Source: Octopus sinensis (lineage: Eukaryota). Taken from it: 64,000 nucleotides of DNA. Both the position numbers and the translations under genes were made by a program. Under the pieces are notes generated by a model that was not told where the DNA came from, made no database searches, and saw nothing but the letters and a program-made list of their open reading frames with translations. Shown here in pieces: positions 56,666 through 64,000 of this stretch (position 1 is the first letter of the stretch; every line of letters begins with the position of its first letter). Location of the stretch: assembly GCF_006345805.1 (NCBI RefSeq), contig NC_043001.1:107012001-107076000 (forward strand), given 5' to 3'.

Positions 56666-59524
56666 ACGCAACAGATGTGTGTGTATGTGTGAGTGTGTGC
56701 GTGTGCGTGTGTGTATGTGTGTGTGTGAGGCGAGATGAAAAAACAAAAAAATATGTGTGTGTTAGTGTGTGCGTCTGTGTGTAGGCGTGTGAGGTAGGGC
56801 GAGACTGTGGTCAGCTTAGCAGACAAGGTCAGTAGTAAGAAAAAGAAGGAAGGGGGAAGGGAGGGAGGGGAAGGGGTGGGGCGTAGGTCAGTAGTAAGAA
56901 AAAGAAGGAAGGAGGAAGGGATGGAGGGGAAGGGGTGGGGGCGTATGTAGCGTGCCAGCGTGTGTTGAGTAGTAGTGTGTGTGTGTGTCCAGTGTCGTGG
57001 TGGTATTAATGGCGAGTAGATTGAATGTGTGTAAGAGTAATGTATATATTTAAGCAATGTGTGTATATGTGTGCGCGTGTGTGTAACGAAAAAGGGGGGG
57101 GGTAAGGAAAAAGGACTCCAGCTGAGGGGAAGATGGAAGAGTGGTCCCGCGGAGACGGGCGTGGGAAAACCCAACGACACGCGACGGTCCCAGGAACGGG
57201 CGGGAGGTCTCGTCGGGTCCAAGAGCGAGGTGCATGCGGCGCGTATGCGTGCGCGAACCGGCGCAAGCGCGTGTGTGCGCGCGCCTGCGAGTATGCGCGT
57301 AAGTATGTATGTGTGTGGATGTGTGAGTGTGTCTGTGTGTATGTCTGGGTGGCAGTGTGTCCGATGAATGTATGTGAGTATGTGTGTACGTATGTGTGTG
57401 CAAAGATGTATGTCCGTGTGTGTGTGTATGTGTGTATGTGTGTGAGTGTGTATGTATGTACGTGTGGGTGTGGGGAAGTGTGTGTATGTGCATGTGTGTG
57501 CGCGTACATACAGGTGTGTGAGTGAGTGTGTGTGTGTGTATGTATGTGTGAGTGTGTATGTATGTGTGTGTAGGATGCATGTATGTGTATGGGTGTATGT
57601 ATGCGTGTGTGTATGTATGTATGTGTACGTGCGTGTGTGTGTGTGTATGCGTGTAGGTGTGCGCGTGTGCATGCATGCATGCATGTGCGTATGTGTGTGT
57701 GTGTGCATGTGTGTGGGTATATATGTATGTGCGTATATGTGTGTGTATGTGCGTACATGTGTGTGTGTGTGTATGTAGGTGTGTAGGCGTGTGTGTATAG
57801 GTGTATGTATGTAAGTATGTATGGGTGTGTCCGTGTATGTGTGTGTATGTATGTGTGTGTATGTAGGTGTGTGGGCGTGTGTATATGTGTGTGTATGTAG
57901 GTGTGTGGGCGTGTGTATATAGGTGTATGTGTGTATGTCTGGGTGTGTCCGTGCATGTTTGTGTGTGTGTGTGTATGCATGTGTATGTAGGTGTGTGTGT
58001 ACGTGTGTAATGTATGTGTGTATGCGTGCGTGTGTGTATGTAGGTGCGTGTGTATGTGTGTGGGAGTGTAGGTGTGTGTGTGCGTGTGCGTGTTTATGTT
58101 GGTGTGTGCGTATGTGAGTGTGAGTGTATGGGTGTTTGTCATGCATGTGTGTGCGCGTGCAGGTGAGTGTGTGTGTAAGTATGTGTGTGTGTATGTTTGT
58201 GTGAGTGTGTATGTGTGTATGTCTGTGTGTGTGTGTGTGTATGTAGGTGTGTGTGTGTATGTGTGTGTGTATGTATATGGGTGTATGTATGTATGTGTGT
58301 GTGTGTGCATGTGTATACGTATATGTGTGTGTGCGTATGTGTGTATATGTGTATGTGTGTGTGTTTATGTATGTGTGTGTGTTTATGTATGTGTGTATGT
58401 ATGTGTGTAGGCGTGTGTGTGTAGATGTATGTATGTATGGGTGTGTGTCTGTGTGTGTTTGTGTGTGTGTGTAGGTAGATGTGTGTGTCTGAGTGAGGGT
58501 ATGGCTGTGTAGGTGTGTGTGTGTATGAATGTAAGTGTGTGTGTATACAAGTGTAATGTATGTATGTATGTGTGTGTGTATGTGTACGTGTGCGTGTGTA
58601 TGTGTGTGTGTGTATGCGTGTGAGTGTGAGTGTATGGGTGTATGTCTGTGTGTGTGTATGTCTGAAGTAGGTATGTATGTGTATGTATGTATGTGTGTGT
58701 GTGTGTGCAGGTATGTGTGTGTGTGTGTATGTGTGTGTGTGAGTAGGTGTGCGTGTATGTATGTGGGTAGGGATGCATGCGAGTGTGTGGGTATGTATGC
58801 ATACATACGCACGCGCACATCCGAAGCAGGCCCACACACACGAAGCGCGCTCACGCACACAACGCACAAGCAGTACAACGCAAGCCCAAGAGGCCGACCA
58901 AGCCCCCAGCGCGCGCCAAGGCGCGCGAGCGCAAAGGCCCTCGAACGCCCCGCTACGCGGGAACCGAGGTTCCATCAGCCAAAACCGGAAAGCAGAAAAG
59001 AGGGGGGGGGGGCTGCCTGGATGCAAAAAGGTGTATGTGTGTGTGCATTCAGTGTAAGGGTGTGCATGTGTGGGTATGTATGTATGTATGTGCCTACATG
59101 TATGTGTGCATGTGTGTGTGTGTGAAGTATGTACGTGCGGTGTGTGTGTGTGAGTGTGTGTGTATGTATGTGCGTATGTATGTGTGTGTGTATGTGTGTA
59201 TGTATGTATGTCTGTGTGTGTGTGTGTGTGTAGTATGTATGTGTGTGCGTATGTATGTATGTGTGTGTGTATGTGCATGTTGGTTGTATGTTAGTGTGTG
59301 CTAGTATGTCTGTAAGTGTGTGTGATTAAATGTGGGAATGTATGTACGTAGATGGGTCTACGTATGTGTGTGTGTGAACAGGCGTGTGGGAGGTAGGTGG
59401 GTAGGTGTGTGTGGGAGGTAGGTGGGTGGGTGTGTGCGTGTGGGAGGTAGGTGGGTGTGTGTGTGTGGGTGGTGTGTCCACAAAAAAAAACAAAAAAAAC
59501 AAAAAAAAAATATATGTATATATA

Positions 59525-59564
<40 letters not shown>

Positions 59565-59600
59565 CGTGTGTGTATTTACTTATGTGCATATGTATGTATG
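56665..59600. repeat. About 3-kb irregular (GT)n/(GTAT)n compound microsatellite with embedded GC-rich islands
   Basis: Direct reading; source of the spurious His/Thr- and Cys/Val-rich ORFs. Confidence 0.92.
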
Positions 59601-59889
59601 TAAACATACACACAGACATGTTTAGATCTCATTAAGTGTACAAGTGTCATTAACATAAAACGAGTTTAATGGAGCTAAAAACATGATCTCGTGCAGCATT
59701 CGACATATCATAGTCCACGAAACGTTTTAGCAACCAGGACACAAGATAGTTACAATTTTACTCCTATCAGTTTCTCTGATCACAGTGGAGGGCCAATAAC
59801 CTGCTTCAACTCCTGGAAGTTCAACTATGAATGGTATCTTTTACACACAAACACATACGTATGTACACACACGTTATATATATATATAT

Positions 59890-60760
59890 ATATACAATTT
59901 TGGGGGATTAATCGATAAGTGGGTGTTCTATTTCAGATAATACAAAAATAACCTAATGGGTATATCTGACAGTAAACTCATGGTATCAGTTTGCACATCA
60001 CAAAATAACACTTAAAGGATATAACCTAAATTGCCAGCTATATAATGTACTTCATTAATTATAACATACTTTAGTTAATACTTATATTTATTAAATAGGA
60101 AGGAACTACACGTGTTTCAGTATTGGAAGATTACAATATATATACATAAACACAACTGTATACCTATATATATACATAGATATACATATATAAATACATA
60201 TATGCAATCATCAGATTTACAATTATTCCATCATCATATCTAATTTTACATCCCTTTAAAATAAGCAATACAATTAAGCATTAAAGATTAAAAATTACGA
60301 ATTAGAAATTAAGAATAAAAATTATACTTTGTAATATTAAGAATAAAAATTTATAAATTATACATTATAAATATGAATCAGTATATATATCAATCATGTA
60401 AAATCAAGTATATGTCAAATACAGAATGTGCGATATAAGATTAAACTATACATTATCTATTGTGCAATTATTAGGGAGCTTACATTTAGTCTTATTACGA
60501 CATGAACATTTTTCTATATGTTGATTAAGTCTTCTATCACTATCGGTCATATTATGGCTAGAGCTATTATCTTTTATGCTATAATAATAATTATTTAACT
60601 TCTCATTATTTATAGAGGAAATAATATTGCCTACATTTCTCTGTGTTGAGTATCCCACTTTTACAGTTTTGTTGGAAAATATATCTGAATAACTATTGTC
60701 CGTTTTAAAAACCATTTTTACTATTTTAAGTGTCTCCTTAATAATATTAGTCATAACTTG
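59890..60760 (-). mobile_element. Penelope-like element 3' portion (second PLE family) ending at (TA)n
   Basis: IFSNKTVKVGYSTQRNVGNIISSINNEKL...CSCRNKTKCKLPNNC matches the PLE pre-GIY-YIG 'IFN..TVK.SYS...N...II...CNCR.K..CPL...C' linker. Confidence 0.75.
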
Positions 60761-60789
60761 ATCCCCGTACAGAATAATTTGAAACTTAA

Positions 60790-61495
60790 TCTAGTCACTA
60801 ATAAGATCCATCCATTCCATAAGTTGAATGAAAACCTAAATCAGGATTGCTAAAAACAGAGTAGTAATGTTTCTGCAGTGTCTCACTTATGGTTTTGGCA
60901 TTATCTTGGAGATTGCTATTTTCGTCAATTAGAGGGCCAACAATGGAGACAGTGACCTTGTGTTTTTTCGCGGAAGAGAAGAACACTTTGGGGTTGATTT
61001 TGATTTTCTCAATGGTCCATTTCTCCTCAGCTGTTCTTTGGTTATTGATGATGGTCTTCATGCATTGTTGGAGATTATATTTTTTTGATTCGATCAGGGT
61101 GATAGCCGTCGAATTTATGCGTGGCTGTTGGCAGTATTTTAGTTTGTTAACTTATTGTTTGTTCTTTTTATTATTTTTTTTTTTGATAATCGTGTTTCTG
61201 TCTTGAGGAATTCTGCGCTTAGTTTTCTTCACAGGTCTTGGTGGGATGTGTTTAGCACATATGTTTGTGACGGTGTCTACAAAGATCTGCCAAGATATTT
61301 TGATGCCGGAGAAGGTGTGTGCATGTGTGAAAGACCAGTCAACATATGATAGATCGCTTATGATTGCGTCTCAGTCGGCATCATAGAAATCCATGGTATT
61401 AAATGTCTCACGCAGAACACAGTTTACTTTGAACATTTTTGACAAAAGGGGTTTATTCCTTGAGCAGCTTTTGGGTCGTACGGGCTTTCTCCGGC
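60790..61495 (-). mobile_element. CR1/L2-group LINE ORF2 fragment (endonuclease-RT linker)
   Basis: KIKINPKVFFSSAKKHK...VGPLIDENSNLQDNAKTISETLQKHYYSVFS. Confidence 0.7.
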
Positions 61496-61624
61496 TTAAT
61501 CAGAGAACGAGAAATCCCATGCTTGCAGTGAGTAGCGCTTGAAATGGATACAGGGGCTGTAAGGCTAAAGCCTTAGTGGGTGCGAAACCATTCGTCTCTA
61601 TATTTCGGATTTACATATGACAAC

Positions 61625-61659
<35 letters not shown>

Positions 61660-61848
61660 CATATGTAAATCCGAAAAAGAAGCACAACCTGAAGAATAGA
61701 GCAGTAATATATTAAAAATAATCGAGTCTATGACCGGTCATATAGAGACGAGCGGTTTCGCACCCACTAAGGCCTTTAGCCTTACAGCCCCTGTATCCAT
61801 TTCAAGCGCTAACCACTGCAAGCATGCGAATTCCCGTTCTCTGATTAA
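61496..61848. repeat. Inverted repeat (arms 61496-61623 and 61656-61848) around (TA)n
   Basis: Arms are complementary except for an about 64-bp segment present only in the right arm. Confidence 0.9.
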
Positions 61849-61869
61849 AGTGAGAGAAAGTTATGGTGA

Positions 61870-62026
61870 AAGAGTACAGCAGGGTTCGCTACCACCCCCT
61901 GTCGGAGCCTCGTGGAGCTTTAGATGTTTTCACTCAATAAATACTCACAACGCCCGGTCTGGGAATCGAAACCGCAATCCTACGACCGCAAGTCGGCTGC
62001 CCTAACTACTGGGCCACTGCGCCTCC
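61870..62026 (-). mobile_element. tRNA-derived SINE (tRNA-Arg-like head)
   Basis: Minus strand GGAGGCGCAGTGGCCCAGTAGTTAGGG (A box)...GGTTTCGATTCCC (B box), followed by a non-tRNA body. Confidence 0.75.
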
Positions 62027-62924
62027 ACTCTCTACGTTATTCACAGGCTCCATCAATCCCACCACCAAGTCATAAAATATTTCTCAATCATTTTTGCTTT
62101 GTTGATTTATATCATTGTAATTTCCCTTGCCAGCTGTGACCGCCTATTTTTCTGAGCAGTATTAAACTAAAATAAAAAAGAAAAAAAAGAAAACGTAGAC
62201 GTCTATTATTTAAGAGTTATTCATTTTCACATCAAGCGTCTATATCGTGTTTCACAGTCCAGATTATTTGTTTTTCCATTTTATTTTATCAATTAACATT
62301 AGTATAAGAAGGTGCCATGGGGCACAATGAATAATATTTACTTCATTTATGACTCTGAAAAAGGGAAAAATTGATTAGTGTCCACTACCTTACAAAAACT
62401 ATATCAGCTAAGCAAATGACTTGTAAATGCGTAAGAAATAATATTACTCATTTAGAAAATTATTTCAGAAATTTATCTCTGTTCACTTTTAGCATACAAA
62501 AAACAAGCTTAAGTGTGGCAAAATGAGTATACGAAATAAGGTAAATTTGCATCTATACTTCTCCATAATTGCATTTGGAAAAAGACTCCATATACATCAC
62601 TATCTATCCTTAGACATAAAAGAAATCAGAAATGCAACAAAAATTAAAAATATCTAGGGCAAATGAAAGAAGGTCATGGAAAAATGGCACATGGTATGAA
62701 ATTACCGAAACTCGACAAAATCTAAAAACTCAACATAAAGTTTTCTCTACAACTTCTTAATCTGCTGGAATGGCTATCTTCCTGGTCCAATGGACCCATT
62801 TCATTTTCTTCAGCTGCTTTTTCCTACTGTTTATATTATTTGATTCTGCTGATTTCTCGTGACTCTTATTTTTTCTTGTCAATGGGAAATTTTCTGTATG
62901 CTCATAAAAGCTAGAAAATTTCAC

Positions 62925-64000
62925 TTTATACATTAATTACCGTATGGGTCCATTGGACCTTCGCATTAAATTCAGATACTACTCTTGTCATTCTAAACAG
63001 AATAAAAGCAGTATCAAATATTGTTTTCCTAGATATTTTATCAGATATAAAGTAGATAAAATTGTACGCAATTTATTTGCTGAATTTTAGATAACATAGG
63101 AAAAATTATGAAAATATTCCTATAAATTTGTGTGGTATTTCATCTCCTTCAATCTGCTAGGTTATAGGGTGATGCAATATTTCTATATTGCATCATCTTT
63201 CAGGAGAGTATAAATATGTGAGAGAGCAATATTTGCCTTTGGTCTGCTATCAACTTTCATATAGTTCAGTTGTGCTTTCCAATATACCTAGACGTGAAAA
63301 CTTGAGTGAAGACCAAATTTTGAAAAAGTTATTGGAATTAGATGAAGGATGGGAAGAAGATAGTAGTGATTCCTTCTATTTCTCTGAAGATGATGGTGAA
63401 AGTGATTGTGGCTTGGACAGTTTCTGTGTCAGATGATGAAGATACTAAAAACCAATTATGAATGAGCAATATATTTCTGGAGACAGACGAGAAGTTTGGC
63501 ATTCTAATCCTCTTACTCAAGTCAAGAAGGAGAGTCAAGAAGATGGCCACCCAATATTCAACAAAGTTATGAGCCAAGGAAGATTTCAACAGACTTTACA
63601 AGTATTGCTTTTTTAACGATACTAGTGATGATGAATTGGAGTCCATAAGAGAAGTATTTGAAATATGGAATCAGAATTTGCAAGATGGATATGTTCCAAG
63701 TTCATGCATGACAGTTGAACAATTAGTTTCATTCAGAGGGCGCTGCCCATTCCGGGTATATATTCCTTCAAAACCAGGGAATATGGAATTAGAATTTGGC
63801 CAATATGTGACAATGAAACATCTTATATCTGGAAAATGCGAATCTACACTAGAAAAGACCCAGTAAAAGGGAAGGAGACAAATCAAGTTTCAAGAGTTGT
63901 TGAAGACCTAGAAAAAGAACTTGAAAATACTGGTCGCAGTATATATACACTTCTTTGGTATTTTCAAATAATCAGTCTCATTCACATAGGAAATAAAGAT
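62925..64000 (+). mobile_element. piggyBac-like element (PGBD4-type transposase), deleted and frameshifted, running to the window end
   Basis: Acidic N-terminus LSEDQILKKLLE..., then VEQLVSFRGRCPFRVYIPSKPG/YGIRIW...YIWKMRIYT. Confidence 0.85.

Noticed and set aside
56422-59304. Very long ORFs (818, 434, 379 aa and others) rich in His/Thr or Cys/Val
   Set aside because: They are translations of (CA)n/(GT)n repeats, which cannot generate stop codons; no domain content.
61960-62026. tRNA gene (also the tRNA-like heads at 25434, 51780 and 53100)
   Set aside because: A and B boxes are present but no complete cloverleaf or acceptor stem; each continues into a dispersed SINE body.
63188-63973. Domesticated PGBD host gene
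   Set aside because: Frameshifts, stops and a large internal deletion; no splice structure rescuing the frame.

Overview
Eukaryotic, AT-rich, microsatellite- and transposon-dense genomic DNA. The SINE, LINE and MITE families look like those of octopus (coleoid cephalopod); this is recognition from memory, not a database result. The only host gene I can support is a 5'-incomplete, + strand USP36 orthologue (ubiquitin-specific protease, USP17/36/42 group). Its 17 in-window GT-AG exons span 1..44549 and splice in consistent phase to 4218 nt (1405 aa + stop). They carry the Cys box, QEDAHEF box, His box and Asp box, one 2475-nt low-complexity exon, and the USP36-type WDG/DRGK/KKIKK C-terminus. 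Introns and the downstream region are filled with tRNA-derived SINEs, RTE-clade LINEs and their 3' tails, a CR1/L2-like fragment, Penelope-like elements (PLEs), piggyBac, Chapaev3-like, hAT and mariner derivatives, and a Lep1-type non-autonomous Helitron. Most notable observations: (i) several short microsatellite-anchored elements carry minimal hammerhead-ribozyme motifs; (ii) a perfect hairpin covers the acceptor of a candidate poison exon in USP36; (iii) 53.2-55.7 kb is a complex rearrangement (A-P-A duplication with a 608-bp templated insertion, followed by a 5 x 211-bp array) that may be real or an assembly artefact; (iv) many intronic inverted repeats could form dsRNA. Exon and TIR/TSD boundaries were counted by hand; SINE and LINE boundaries are approximate (about +/-20 bp).
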